Below, piece after piece: positions 44,634-53,132 of a stretch of DNA of 53,132 nucleotides. Numbering within the stretch: the first letter of the stretch is position 1; the number at the start of each line of letters is the position of its first letter. Position numbers and translations under genes: made by a program. This stretch comes from Pseudomonadales bacterium (GTDB taxonomy: Bacteria > Pseudomonadota > Gammaproteobacteria > Pseudomonadales > Azotimanducaceae), in NCBI GenBank assembly GCA_047920935.1, contig JBLRXD010000001.1, positions 8,885-62,016 of the forward strand. The letters are read 5' to 3'. Under the pieces are notes generated by a model, which was not told the DNA's origin, searched no databases, and saw nothing but the letters and a program-made list of their open reading frames with translations.

Positions 44634-45174
44634 TTTGCGATACCTTCAATAGCCGCTTGAGGTCATCCAGCACCATCCGTTCGGAACCGTGCAGGGGGTA
44701 GTGCAGCACCAGGTTGCCGATCGGGTCGACGATGTAGACGCCGTGAGCAAGAGCCTGGACGTTGCCGGAAAGAAAGGCCAGCTGCGGGTACAGCGCCTCG
44801 AGGTGAGGATCGGCAGTTACCGTCTGGCTCATCAATGCCCTGCGCACACGCTTGGCATCGCGATTCAGCAGCACGTGCAACTGCCGCATCTGATGCAGAG
44901 CCTCCTGACAAGCGGCTTCGCAGGGGCCCTGAGGGACCACCCACAGCCACCAGGTGCCATCGGTGACGCTCAGGTGCCCGGCTGAATCGCGAATCTGCAG
45001 TTCGGCCGCGGTCAGCGGCGGATCGACGAAGGTACCTTTGTTGGTGGTGCCCCAGACGCTACCGCCCTGTGCCGACTGAAACAGCAGCCAGGCGCCGCCA
45101 AGCGACACTACGGCCATGGAAAAAAGCAGCAGCAGCTGGATTCGCGAAGACGTTCTCTGTGGTTGTGCGGTCAT
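44626..45174 (-). CDS. membrane-anchored hypothetical protein of the cox assembly cluster
   Basis: One N-terminal transmembrane segment and a CEAAC (CxxxC) motif. It occupies the position of the unnamed gene between SURF1 and ctaA in Pseudomonas-type clusters (from memory). Confidence 0.55.
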   Translation of the reverse strand: MTAQPQRTSSRIQLLLLFSMAVVSLGGAWLLFQSAQGGSVWGTTNKGTFVDPPLTAAELQIRDSAGHLSVTDGTWWLWVVPQGPCEAACQEALHQMRQLHVLLNRDAKRVRRALMSQTVTADPHLEALYPQLAFLSGNVQALAHGVYIVDPIGNLVLHYPLHGSERMVLDDLKRLLKVSQIG

Positions 45175-45177
45175 AGC

Positions 45178-45912
45178 TCACTCAACTCGTCTGAAGCCGA
45201 AGATCAGATATCCCACGGTCAGCGCCAGTGCCAGGCCAAACCACTGGAAAGCGTAGCCGTGGTGCCTGGCGGGCGAAAACATCATGTCCAGGGGCGCGGC
45301 GATGAAGCTGCCCGGCTCGCCCGGCTCGAGCCGGAATTCAGCCGCAACCGCGCCGTCAACTTGCTCGGCCATCTTCACCACGTCCAGGCGCTGCACCCGC
45401 TTGGGCCAGGTTTCGGGCCACGGGTCCGCAGCCAGCAGCGGTGGCAGCCCGGTGCTCGGCCACATCATCCCAACCAAGCGGACTGGGCCGCTGGGGGTCG
45501 GCACGTCGGGGAGATCGTCACGGCTTGGCGGCCCCGCCAGCCAACCCCGATTCACCAGCCAAACGCGACCGTCTGCGGTCTCGAGCAGGGAGATCACCCA
45601 GTATCCCGGGCGACCCTGGTGAACCCGGTTATCCACCAGAAAGTGTTTGTCTGGCTGGTACTCGCCCTCGAGAACGATGCGCAGAAAAGCGTTCGCGTCG
45701 CGATCCAGCGGCTGCTCCGGAGGGGGCGCCGGGAGGCTGCTCAGGCGCTGCAGGTAGCGCTCCTCGTACCAGCGCTTTTCGTCGGCCCGTTCCAGCTGCC
45801 ACAGGCCCAGAGCAATCACCACTGGAAGCATCAGGATGACGAAGGTAGTCATCCGCCACCCGGGATGCCAGCGTCCCATCCAATAGACAACGAATGACTC
45901 CTGGCGTTTCAC
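45178..45912 (-). CDS. SURF1-family cytochrome oxidase assembly protein
   Basis: Contains LGLWQLERADEKR and a C-terminal transmembrane segment with HGYAFQWFGLAL. The start is uncertain among the N-terminal Met codons. Confidence 0.8.
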   Translation of the reverse strand: MKRQESFVVYWMGRWHPGWRMTTFVILMLPVVIALGLWQLERADEKRWYEERYLQRLSSLPAPPPEQPLDRDANAFLRIVLEGEYQPDKHFLVDNRVHQGRPGYWVISLLETADGRVWLVNRGWLAGPPSRDDLPDVPTPSGPVRLVGMMWPSTGLPPLLAADPWPETWPKRVQRLDVVKMAEQVDGAVAAEFRLEPGEPGSFIAAPLDMMFSPARHHGYAFQWFGLALALTVGYLIFGFRRVE

Positions 45913-45960
45913 CCCAGGACAACAACGCGTATCAATTCACGCCGCCGGGCAAGTTGCGTT

Positions 45961-46293
45961 ATGGTGGCCTTCCAACTGGAGCAGGCGGCGGCGATGTTGC
46001 TCAAGACGATCATTCTACTACTGCTGCTAGGCGTGGTGCTCAGTCTGTTCAGCGGCTTGGTGTTCCTGTTCAAGGACAGTGATCGTCACGACTCGAGGCG
46101 GACGCTGTATGCGCTGGGAGTGCGCATCAGCCTGGCAGCGGCCCTGCTGTTGACGGTTTTGTACGGGTTCTACACGGGCCAGCTGCGGATAGGGGAGAGC
46201 GCGCCCTGGCACGATCGCCGCGACCGGGCGGCTCCCGCCGATCAGGCGCCCGACGCCCCGCCGGCGGACCACCCCGGCGCGGAAGGGCGCTGA
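45961..46293 (+). CDS. DUF2909-family twin-transmembrane small protein
   Basis: Two hydrophobic helices (LLKTIILLLLLGVVLSLFSGLVFLF, ISLAAALLLTVLYGFY). The start may be ATG 45994. The C-terminal tail is Pro/Ala-rich. Confidence 0.6.
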   Translation: MVAFQLEQAAAMLLKTIILLLLLGVVLSLFSGLVFLFKDSDRHDSRRTLYALGVRISLAAALLLTVLYGFYTGQLRIGESAPWHDRRDRAAPADQAPDAPPADHPGAEGR

Positions 46294-46315
46294 GCCCTTC
46301 CGTCCGAACCCCGCG

Positions 46316-47233
46316 TTAAAGGATGTAGACGACCAGGAACAATATCACCCAGACCACGTCCACGAAGTGCCAGTACCAGGACGCCGCTTCGAATCCGAAG
46401 CACTCCTCCGCGGTGAAGTGGCCTTTGTACGCACGGAATAACTGAACGCCGAGGATGAACGTGCCGAGCGCGACGTGAAACCCGTGGAACCCGGTCAGCA
46501 GGAAGAAGGTCGAGCCATAGATACCGCTGGCCAGGGTCAGCCCCATGTCCCGATACGCCTGAACGTACTCCTCGATCTGCAGCCCCAGGAAGACGATGGC
46601 CAGCAGCACGGTCACCCCGAGCCAGGTCATCAGCTTCTTGCGATCGGCGTTCTTGATGGCGGTGTGCGCGAAGTGCACGGTAACGCTGGAGGTCAGCAGG
46701 ATCACGGTGTTCCAGAACGGCAGATAGGTGAGCCAGTTGCCGATGCTCGGCGCAGCCATGCTTTGCTCGGGCCCCGGGAAGCGGCCCGGATCCGGATTCT
46801 GCATTACTGGCCAGGTGGCCTCGAATTCGGGCCACAGGTAAATGCCCGTCATGCCCTTCTCGCCTTCACCGCCAAGCCAGGAAACGGCAAGCACCCGGGT
46901 GTAAAACAGCGCGCCGAAGAATGCGGCGAAGAACATCACCTCAGAGAAGATGAACCAGCTCATTCCCCAGACGTAAGAGCGCTTGAGTTGCGCGTTGTTG
47001 AGGCCGGCCTGGCCCTCTTCGATCACCTTGGCAAACCAGGCAAACAGTACGAACGCCAGAACCAACGCGCCCAGCCACACCATCAGACGGCTCGGGTCGT
47101 CCCCAGCCTTGATGTCGTTGAGCCAAACCGCCAGACCGGCCACCAGCAGCGCAGCGCCGATGGCCACGCCGATCGGGTACCAACTGCTGGGCGGCACGTA
47201 GTAAACAGACGGGTCAGTTGATGCGTTAGCCAT
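46316..47233 (-). CDS. coxC: cytochrome c oxidase subunit III
   Basis: 305 aa and polytopic, with ...FFLLTGFHGFHV... and WYWHFVDVVW. Confidence 0.9.
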   Translation of the reverse strand: MANASTDPSVYYVPPSSWYPIGVAIGAALLVAGLAVWLNDIKAGDDPSRLMVWLGALVLAFVLFAWFAKVIEEGQAGLNNAQLKRSYVWGMSWFIFSEVMFFAAFFGALFYTRVLAVSWLGGEGEKGMTGIYLWPEFEATWPVMQNPDPGRFPGPEQSMAAPSIGNWLTYLPFWNTVILLTSSVTVHFAHTAIKNADRKKLMTWLGVTVLLAIVFLGLQIEEYVQAYRDMGLTLASGIYGSTFFLLTGFHGFHVALGTFILGVQLFRAYKGHFTAEECFGFEAASWYWHFVDVVWVILFLVVYIL

Positions 47234-47302
47234 GTTCCCAATACTCTCCGATTATCTTCTATGCACAGCGATGAGCGGGCGGTGCGTCACCCTGCTGCCG
47301 GG

Positions 47303-47881
47303 TCATCCCCGCGGGACCGTCTGCTCCAAATCCCGCGATGACATCTCGGTAATGTCGAACAACGCGTAGCTGAGCGAAATAGATTCTACGTTTTTCGCCA
47401 GCTCGGGGCCGACGATGAAGCGCATGGGCATTGCCATGGTCTCACCCGGCTCGAGCACCTGACTGTTGAAACAGAAACACTCGGTCTTGTGAAAGTGTGC
47501 GGCCGCCTTGAATGGCACCACCGACGGGATCGCCTGGCCGACCATGCGCCGATTGGTGGTGTTGGTAACGTAGAAATTCACCTCCTTGAGCTCGCCCGGA
47601 TGAACCCGAACGCCACCTGTTTCGGACCAGAACTTCCACGGCATACCGGCGTTGGTATTGGTGATGAAATTCACCCGGACCAGGCGGCTGGTGTCGCGCT
47701 GCATGCTGGCCGGATCATAGGTGTACTCGCCACCCGTCCGCCCGCCGAGGCCGGTGATCTCGCACAGCACATCGTACAGCGGCACCAGCGCGAAACCGAA
47801 TCCGAACATGCCGACCACCATCAGGCACAGCTTGAATGTGGTCTTGCCGTGCCGTGGCCTGCTTTCGCTTACATCGCTCAT
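47303..47881 (-). CDS. ctaG: cytochrome c oxidase assembly protein CtaG/Cox11
   Basis: Copper-binding motif CFCF in HKTECFCFNSQVL, plus one N-terminal transmembrane segment. Confidence 0.9.
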   Translation of the reverse strand: MSDVSESRPRHGKTTFKLCLMVVGMFGFGFALVPLYDVLCEITGLGGRTGGEYTYDPASMQRDTSRLVRVNFITNTNAGMPWKFWSETGGVRVHPGELKEVNFYVTNTTNRRMVGQAIPSVVPFKAAAHFHKTECFCFNSQVLEPGETMAMPMRFIVGPELAKNVESISLSYALFDITEMSSRDLEQTVPRG

Positions 47882-47911
47882 AGCGTCATCCTCCGGTAGC
47901 CGCTCTCGATC

Positions 47912-49525
47912 TCAGCCGTGCGTCTGGGCTGGAGAAATCTTCGGCGGCGTGCTGAAAGTGTGATAAGGAGCCGGCGACGGGATGGTCCACTCGAGCCCTT
48001 GCGCGCCTTCCCAGACCTCCGAGGTAGCCGGCTTGCCCGCGCGAATGGCCTTGATCACCAGGTACAGGAACAACAGCTGAGAGAACCCGAAGATGAACGC
48101 GCCAACGCTCGACAGCATGTTGAAGTCGGCAAACTGCAGCGGGTAGTCGGGGATGCGCCGCGGCATGCCGGCGAGACCCGAGAAGTGCTGGGGGAAGAAC
48201 GTCACGTTGACGCCGATGAACGACAGCCAGAAGTGCAGCTTGCCCAGTGACTCGTCGTACATGTGCCCGCACCACTTGGGCAGCCAGAAGTACACCGCGG
48301 CCATGATCGAGAACAGCGCGCCCGGCACCAGCACGTAGTGGAAGTGGGCTACCACGAAGTAAGTGTCGTGATACTGATAGTCGGCCGGGGCGATAGCCAG
48401 CATCAAGCCGGAAAAGCCACCGATGGTGAACAGGATGACGAAGGCGATGGCGAACAGCATCGGCGTCTCGAAGGTCATCGAGCCGCGCCACATGGTGGCA
48501 GTCCAGTTGAACACCTTCACCCCTGTGGGAATGGCGATCAGCATGGTGGAATACATGAAGAACAACTGCCCGGCCAGCGGCATGCCCACGGTGAACATGT
48601 GGTGCGCCCAAACGATGAACGACAGAAACGCGATGCTGGCGATGGCATAGACCATCGAGTCGTAGCCGAACAGCTGCTTGCGGGCAAAGGTGGGAATGAT
48701 ATGCGAGACGATGCCGAACGCCGGCAGGATCATGATGTACACCTCGGGGTGCCCGAAGAACCAGAAGATGTGCTGAAACAGCACCGGGTCGCCGCCGCCG
48801 GCCGCATCGAAGAAGCTGGTGCCGAAGTGGATGTCGAACAGCATCATGGTGACCACACCCGCCAGCACCGGCATCACCGCCAGCAGCAGGTAGGCGGTGA
48901 TCAGCCAGCTCCAGACGAACAGCGGCATGCGCATCAGGGTCATGCCGGGAGCGCGCATGTTGAGGATGGTGGCGATGACGTTTATGGCGCCCATGATCGA
49001 TGAGGCGCCCATCAGGTGAACGGCGAAGATGAAGAAGGTCACCGAGTCCGGAGCGTAGGTGGTCGACAGCGGCGCGTAGAACGTCCAGCCGAAATTAGGA
49101 CCGCCACCTTCCATGAACAGCGTCGATATCAGCATGGTGAAGGCGAACGGCAGGATCCAGAACGACAGGTTGTTCATCCGTGGCAGCGCCATGTCGGGCG
49201 CCCCGATCTGCATCGGCAGCAACCAGTTGGCCAGACCGACGAACGCCGGCATGATGGCACCGAACACCATGATGAGCCCGTGATTGGTGGTCATCTGGTT
49301 GAAGAAATCTGGCGCCACGAACTGCAGGCCAGGCTGGAACAGCTCGGCTCGCACCACCAGAGCCAGCACCCCACCGATGAGGAACATCAGGAAGCTGAAC
49401 CATAGATAGAGGGTGCCGATGTCTTTGTGGTTAGTGGTGAATATCCACCGGGTCAGGCCTTTGGCAGGGCCGTGATCGTGGTGGTCGTCGTGATCGTCGT
49501 GGTGAGTTACTACTACTTCGCTCAT
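47912..49525 (-). CDS. ctaD: cytochrome c oxidase subunit I (aa3 type)
   Basis: 537 aa with ...WFFGHPEVYI... and HHMFTVG. Confidence 0.95.
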   Translation of the reverse strand: MSEVVVTHHDDHDDHHDHGPAKGLTRWIFTTNHKDIGTLYLWFSFLMFLIGGVLALVVRAELFQPGLQFVAPDFFNQMTTNHGLIMVFGAIMPAFVGLANWLLPMQIGAPDMALPRMNNLSFWILPFAFTMLISTLFMEGGGPNFGWTFYAPLSTTYAPDSVTFFIFAVHLMGASSIMGAINVIATILNMRAPGMTLMRMPLFVWSWLITAYLLLAVMPVLAGVVTMMLFDIHFGTSFFDAAGGGDPVLFQHIFWFFGHPEVYIMILPAFGIVSHIIPTFARKQLFGYDSMVYAIASIAFLSFIVWAHHMFTVGMPLAGQLFFMYSTMLIAIPTGVKVFNWTATMWRGSMTFETPMLFAIAFVILFTIGGFSGLMLAIAPADYQYHDTYFVVAHFHYVLVPGALFSIMAAVYFWLPKWCGHMYDESLGKLHFWLSFIGVNVTFFPQHFSGLAGMPRRIPDYPLQFADFNMLSSVGAFIFGFSQLLFLYLVIKAIRAGKPATSEVWEGAQGLEWTIPSPAPYHTFSTPPKISPAQTHG

Positions 49526-49593
49526 GCCCTGGTTCCTATCAGTGTCCCTGTTGCCTAACCGGAAGCGGCGCCGGCTCGACGCCGGCCCGCAAA

Positions 49594-49623
49594 GCTATTC
49601 CGCACGCTATTCCGCACGCTATT
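49594..49623. repeat. 12-bp direct repeat x2.5 at the coxB stop codon
   Basis: gctattccgcac x2 followed by gctatt. On the coding strand this gives three in-frame TAG codons spaced 12 nt apart (TAG CGT GCG GAA TAG CGT GCG GAA TAG). Confidence 0.8.
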
Positions 49624-50785
49624 GTTGTTGAGTCTCGCCTTCCTGCACCGCAACAACATCCGCCGGCTGCGTGACGTCGCCGGCGTTGTTGCCCCAGGCA
49701 TGCCGCGTGTAATGGGTCACGGCCGCGATCTGGGCTGCATCGAGCTGCCGGCCGAAGGCCTGCATGGCGGTGCCGGGAACGCCGTAGAGCAGGATCTCGA
49801 TCTGATCCTCCTGCGGGCCGGTGACGATCGGCGTGCCGACGAGCCCGGGGAACACGGGCGGGATGCCCTGCCCGTTGGGCTGATGGCAGGATGCACAGAA
49901 CGTGTTGTAGACCTGTTGCCCGTCGGCCATCAATTCTTCCGGCGTGAAGGTCTTCGACAAGGCTTCCTGGCGACGCCCTTCAACCTCCAACTGCTCGGCA
50001 TACCAGGCGTCGTACTCCGCCTCTGGCATGGCGTGCACGACGATCGGCATGAAACCGTGGTCTTTACCGCAAAGCTCGGCGCACATGCCGCGATAGATAC
50101 CCGGTTCGTTCACCACGGTCCACAACTCGTTGAGCATCCCGGGAATGGCATCGCGCTTGAGCCCGAAATCGGGCACCCACCAGGCGTGAATCACGTCTTC
50201 TGCAGTCAGCAGGAAGCGAACCTTACGATTGATGGGAATGCGCAGCGGGTTGTCGACCTCGAGCAGATAAAACTCACCCTTCGCGGAGCGATTTTCGATC
50301 TCGTCGCGGGGCGTGGTCAGGGTGCTGAAGAAACCGAACGAGGTGTTGAAGTCGTCATCCAGATACTTGTACTGCCAGCGCCACTGATAGCCACGCACCT
50401 CCACCGTCATGTCCTCCCCACCGGTGTCGTACATCTCGATCAACACCTTGGTCGCAGGCCATGCCATACCAACCAGGATGAGGGTGGGGATGAGCGTCCA
50501 GGCAATCTCGAGGCGGGTGCTTTCATGGAACGTGGCGGGCTTGAACCCGCGCGACTTGCGGTGATGAATGAGCGACCAGAAGATCACCCCGAAGACGCCG
50601 ACGCCGATGATCACGCAGATCCAGAGAATCAGCATGTGCAGGTCGTAGACAGCCGCACTGGTGTCGGTGACCCCACGGGTCATGTTCAGGTCGTCCTGGA
50701 AAAACGCTGTCGCATGAGCCGACACCAGCATCGAGGCGACCCCACCCGCCAGCCACGGGGATAACAATAACCGCAATTTCTTCAC
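49619..50785 (-). CDS. coxB: cytochrome c oxidase subunit II with fused C-terminal cytochrome c domain
   Basis: CuA site CAELCGKDHGFM and C-terminal CASCHQ. GTG 50785 is preceded by AAGGTG and gives the signal-like N-terminus KKLRLLLSPWLAGGVASMLVSAHA. Confidence 0.9.
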   Translation of the reverse strand: MKKLRLLLSPWLAGGVASMLVSAHATAFFQDDLNMTRGVTDTSAAVYDLHMLILWICVIIGVGVFGVIFWSLIHHRKSRGFKPATFHESTRLEIAWTLIPTLILVGMAWPATKVLIEMYDTGGEDMTVEVRGYQWRWQYKYLDDDFNTSFGFFSTLTTPRDEIENRSAKGEFYLLEVDNPLRIPINRKVRFLLTAEDVIHAWWVPDFGLKRDAIPGMLNELWTVVNEPGIYRGMCAELCGKDHGFMPIVVHAMPEAEYDAWYAEQLEVEGRRQEALSKTFTPEELMADGQQVYNTFCASCHQPNGQGIPPVFPGLVGTPIVTGPQEDQIEILLYGVPGTAMQAFGRQLDAAQIAAVTHYTRHAWGNNAGDVTQPADVVAVQEGETQQQ

Positions 50786-50896
50786 CGTAGCACCTTGATC
50801 TACTGAGGTTTTCGCAAGCAAGGCGACCCGAGCGGCCAATCCTTCACGCAGTGTAAGCGCGCAAATCGGCCGCCCAAGCGCTTGCGCTCCAGGCGA

Positions 50897-50913
50897 AAAC
50901 AAACTGTTTGTTT
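50897..50913. promoter_or_regulatory. AT-rich 17-bp palindrome upstream of coxB (candidate operator)
   Basis: AAACAAAC-T-GTTTGTTT lies about 110 nt upstream of the coxB start, in otherwise GC-rich DNA. Confidence 0.4.
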
Positions 50914-50963
50914 GAGCCCCTGAGATTTGAGCGGCCGACCGGCGACTCTTGACCAGGGCCCGA

Positions 50964-50991
50964 ATTATAGCAATGCCCGCTCATAAGACAA
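50964..50991 (-). promoter_or_regulatory. candidate sigma70 promoter for the cox operon
   Basis: On the minus strand: TTGTCT (50991..50986), a 16-nt spacer, then a perfect TATAAT (50969..50964). Confidence 0.3.
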
Positions 50992-51088
50992 CAAAACCCG
51001 TGCGAAAAGCCCGGCTTATCAACGCTTTACCCTGACTCGCCGGGCGCTTCGAGAATTCCCCGGAGAACCGCTAAGTATCTGGCGAAGT

Positions 51089-51331
51089 TCAGGATTTAGG
51101 TTTTTTGGCAGGGTCGAGGATTCGCACCGGGGCAATCGTGTCGGTGGCATCGCCACGCCGCCGGGTGATGCGCGTGGCCGGCTCGAGCGGCGCTGCGTCG
51201 GGCAACTCGTCAGCATACCCACAGGCCACGCAGCGGCGGCGCGGCACGCCCTGATCGCGCTCGATGAAGAGCCGATCCATGGCCCGACACTGAGGGCAGA
51301 TCGCGCCGGCGATGAACCTCCTCAACCGCAT
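51089..51331 (-). CDS. yheV: YheV-family zinc-ribbon protein (DUF2387)
   Basis: 80 aa. MRLRRFIAGAICPQCRAMD...RRCVACGY has two CxxC pairs, like E. coli YheV. Confidence 0.75.
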   Translation of the reverse strand: MRLRRFIAGAICPQCRAMDRLFIERDQGVPRRRCVACGYADELPDAAPLEPATRITRRRGDATDTIAPVRILDPAKKPKS

Positions 51332-52182
51332 CACACCCCGCCTCGACGCAGCTGCGCCAGTATCCGCGCCGTGGGCGGGGCGATGCCGCGCCACATTTCG
51401 AACGCCAGCGCCGCCTGCTCGACCAGCATGCCGAGGCCATCGCTTACCCGGCTGGCGCCGTGAGCGGCCGCCCAGCGGCAGAAGGTGGTGGCGCCCGCAG
51501 GGGCCGGTACCGGCGCATACATCATGTCGTAGCAGCACGCGCCGGCAACCACGGCGGGGTCCACCGCCGGAGCGGCATCCCGCAGACCCGCGGAAGTGCC
51601 GTTGATGACCAGGTCGAATGGGCCGGTGGCCGCCGCCAGCGCCCCACCGGAGATCGTCGCCGAGGCATCGCCGCAAAGCGCCGCTTCGGCAACCAGCGAC
51701 TGCACCAGCTGTTCCGCCCGCGCGGCGTTGCGGTTGACCACCACCAGCCGCTGCGGCCGCTGCGCCAGCAGCGGCCGCACCACCCCACGGGCCGCGCCTC
51801 CCGCACCGACCAGCAGCACGCGTGCGCCCCGCAGGGTGACGCCCCAGTTGACGCTGAGATCACGCACCAGCCCGGCGCCATCGGTGTTGCAGCCGCGAAA
51901 GCCGGCACCTGCCCGGACGATGGTATTCACCGCTCCGGCGGCTGCAGCCGCCGCATCCAGCTCGGTGACCCAATCCGCCGCCTGTTGCTTGAATGGCACG
52001 GTGACGTTCAGGCCCGCCCCCCCTGCGGCGAAGAACTCCTCGACGCTTGCCACGAAACCATCTGCCGGGGCCAGCAGCCTGTCGTAGCGCAGCCGCTGGC
52101 CCGTGGCGGCGGCGAACGCCGCATGGATTCGTGGCGACAAGGAGTGAGCCACCGGGTTACCGACGACGGCGTAGCGATCCAT
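51331..52182 (-). CDS. aroE: shikimate dehydrogenase
   Basis: From ATG 52182: MDRYAVVGNPVAHSLSPRIH..., NVTVPFK, NTDG and the Rossmann motif LLVGAGGAARG. The ORF-track extension to 52728 is spurious. Confidence 0.9.
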   Translation of the reverse strand: MDRYAVVGNPVAHSLSPRIHAAFAAATGQRLRYDRLLAPADGFVASVEEFFAAGGAGLNVTVPFKQQAADWVTELDAAAAAAGAVNTIVRAGAGFRGCNTDGAGLVRDLSVNWGVTLRGARVLLVGAGGAARGVVRPLLAQRPQRLVVVNRNAARAEQLVQSLVAEAALCGDASATISGGALAAATGPFDLVINGTSAGLRDAAPAVDPAVVAGACCYDMMYAPVPAPAGATTFCRWAAAHGASRVSDGLGMLVEQAALAFEMWRGIAPPTARILAQLRRGGV

Positions 52183-52272
52183 CAGGCCGCAGCGCCGCGG
52201 CGCGCCCGGTCGGATCCCGAACCCATCAGGACGGCAACGGGTGACATTCGAGTGGCTCCTCTGTTGACGGCG

Positions 52273-52324
52273 GTTGTTGGCTGAGGTTGCTGACCGAGGT
52301 TGTTGACCGAGGTCGATCGACTGC
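52273..52324. repeat. degenerate 13-bp tandem repeat x4 between dprA and aroE
   Basis: Units are gttgttggctgag, gttgctgaccgag, gttgttgaccgag and gtcgatcgactgc. The period is not a multiple of 3. Confidence 0.6.
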
Positions 52325-52339
52325 GCCAGCCGCAAAAGA

Positions 52340-53132
52340 TCACAGCGTACGCGAGGGTCGCCGAATATACCCGCCCGGGACCTGACGGACAAACCCGCCG
52401 AGCTCCAATTCCACCAGGGCAGCAGCGGCGGTTTCAGCCGACGTTCCGGTAGCGCTGACGATCTCGTCCAAGGTGGCGACGGCAGCGCCCGACAAGACAG
52501 CGAGCAACAGCGCCGGAACCCTACCGCCAGGCCCCGCTGGCGCCGCGTCGACGAGCTGAGGCTCAGCCCCGGCAACGACCGGCGAGGCGATCTCGAGCCC
52601 GGTCTGCAGGCCCAGACCGTCGAGCACATCGTCGGCAGTTTCAACCAGTGCGGCGCCATCCCGCAACAGCCGATGACAGCCACGGCTGGCCGGGCTGGTG
52701 ACCGGCCCCGGCACGGCGAACACCTCACGGCCTTGCTCCAGCGCCATGCGAGCGGTGATCAACGAGCCGCTGTGCTCACCGGCTTCGACCACGACCACCC
52801 CGAGGGCCAGGCCGCTGATCAGGCGATTGCGTTCCGGGAAGTGGTGGCGGCGTGGGTGAGCCAGGGGCGGATACTCGCTGGCCAGCAAACCGCCACTGTC
52901 GACGATGGCGCGCATCAGCCCGCGATTGCCAGCCGGGTAAGGACGGACCAGCCCGCTGCCGAGAACGGCCACGGTGCGGCCTTCGCACAGTGCCGCGCGA
53001 TGGGCTGCGGTGTCGATGCCTCGAGCCAGCCCGCTGACGATGGCGGCGCCGCGACGCGCCAGCTCGCCAGCCACGGCGCCGGCCACCTCCGCGCCCAGGA
53101 GCGGGTCCTCGAGCAGCGCCAGCCAGTAGGCG
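52340..53132 (-). CDS. dprA: DNA-processing protein DprA/Smf (5' end outside the window)
   Basis: Contains SGLARGIDTAAHRAAL, ...GSGLVRPYPAGNRGL... and a C-terminal winged-helix-like tail. The frame stays open to the window edge. Confidence 0.85.
   Translation of the reverse strand, partial: AYWLALLEDPLLGAEVAGAVAGELARRGAAIVSGLARGIDTAAHRAALCEGRTVAVLGSGLVRPYPAGNRGLMRAIVDSGGLLASEYPPLAHPRRHHFPERNRLISGLALGVVVVEAGEHSGSLITARMALEQGREVFAVPGPVTSPASRGCHRLLRDGAALVETADDVLDGLGLQTGLEIASPVVAGAEPQLVDAAPAGPGGRVPALLLAVLSGAAVATLDEIVSATGTSAETAAAALVELELGGFVRQVPGGYIRRPSRTL

Noticed and set aside
52183-52728. 5' extension of the aroE ORF (465-aa model)
   Set aside because: The AroE homology begins exactly at MDRYAVVGNP (ATG 52182). 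The extension runs through the dprA 3' end and the 13-bp repeat and is Arg/Ser/Pro-rich.
1-53132. Mobile elements, prophage, defence islands, toxin-antitoxin pairs
   Set aside because: No integrase, transposase, phage, restriction-modification, Cas or TA-like small gene pairs were recognised. I saw no terminal inverted repeats or tRNA attachment sites and no obvious compositional island.

Overview
GC-rich chromosomal segment that is almost entirely coding. I saw no rRNA, tRNA, CRISPR array, transposase or integrase. The housekeeping gene order is the one I associate with Pseudomonas-like Gammaproteobacteria: engB / cytochrome c4 / dsbA, then polA / DUF2782 / thrB, then coxB-coxA-cox11-coxC / DUF2909 / SURF1 / ctaA-ctaB-senC, then dprA ... 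aroE-yheV. This taxonomic call is from memory, not a search. Several less ordinary modules sit on this backbone. (1) A four-gene sphingoid-base/ceramide core operon (fatty acyl-AMP ligase, NAD-dependent reductase, ACP, serine palmitoyltransferase) at 2180..6351. It is flanked by a Tam41-like nucleotidyltransferase-fold gene and a HIT-gene fragment. (2) A light / photo-oxidative-stress-type island at 10224..20217 with photolyase, folE2, cfa, DUF2878, an FAD oxidoreductase and NTF2-like and DUF3108-like exported proteins. It is bracketed by a split OmpR-type response regulator and histidine kinase. (3) A translationally coupled operon of an archaeal-type 5-formyl-THF-cyclo-ligase-family protein, an exported ENPP phosphodiesterase and an exported amidase. 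It lies divergent from an MFS transporter across a perfect 20-bp-arm inverted repeat. (4) egtB-egtD (ergothioneine) sits directly behind the aa3 oxidase assembly genes, and the egtB start is anomalous. (5) Several short tandem repeats with 12-18 bp periods lie at gene 3' ends or in intergenic regions. Start codons were re-assessed by eye, because many ORF-track entries carry spurious 5' extensions typical of GC-rich DNA.
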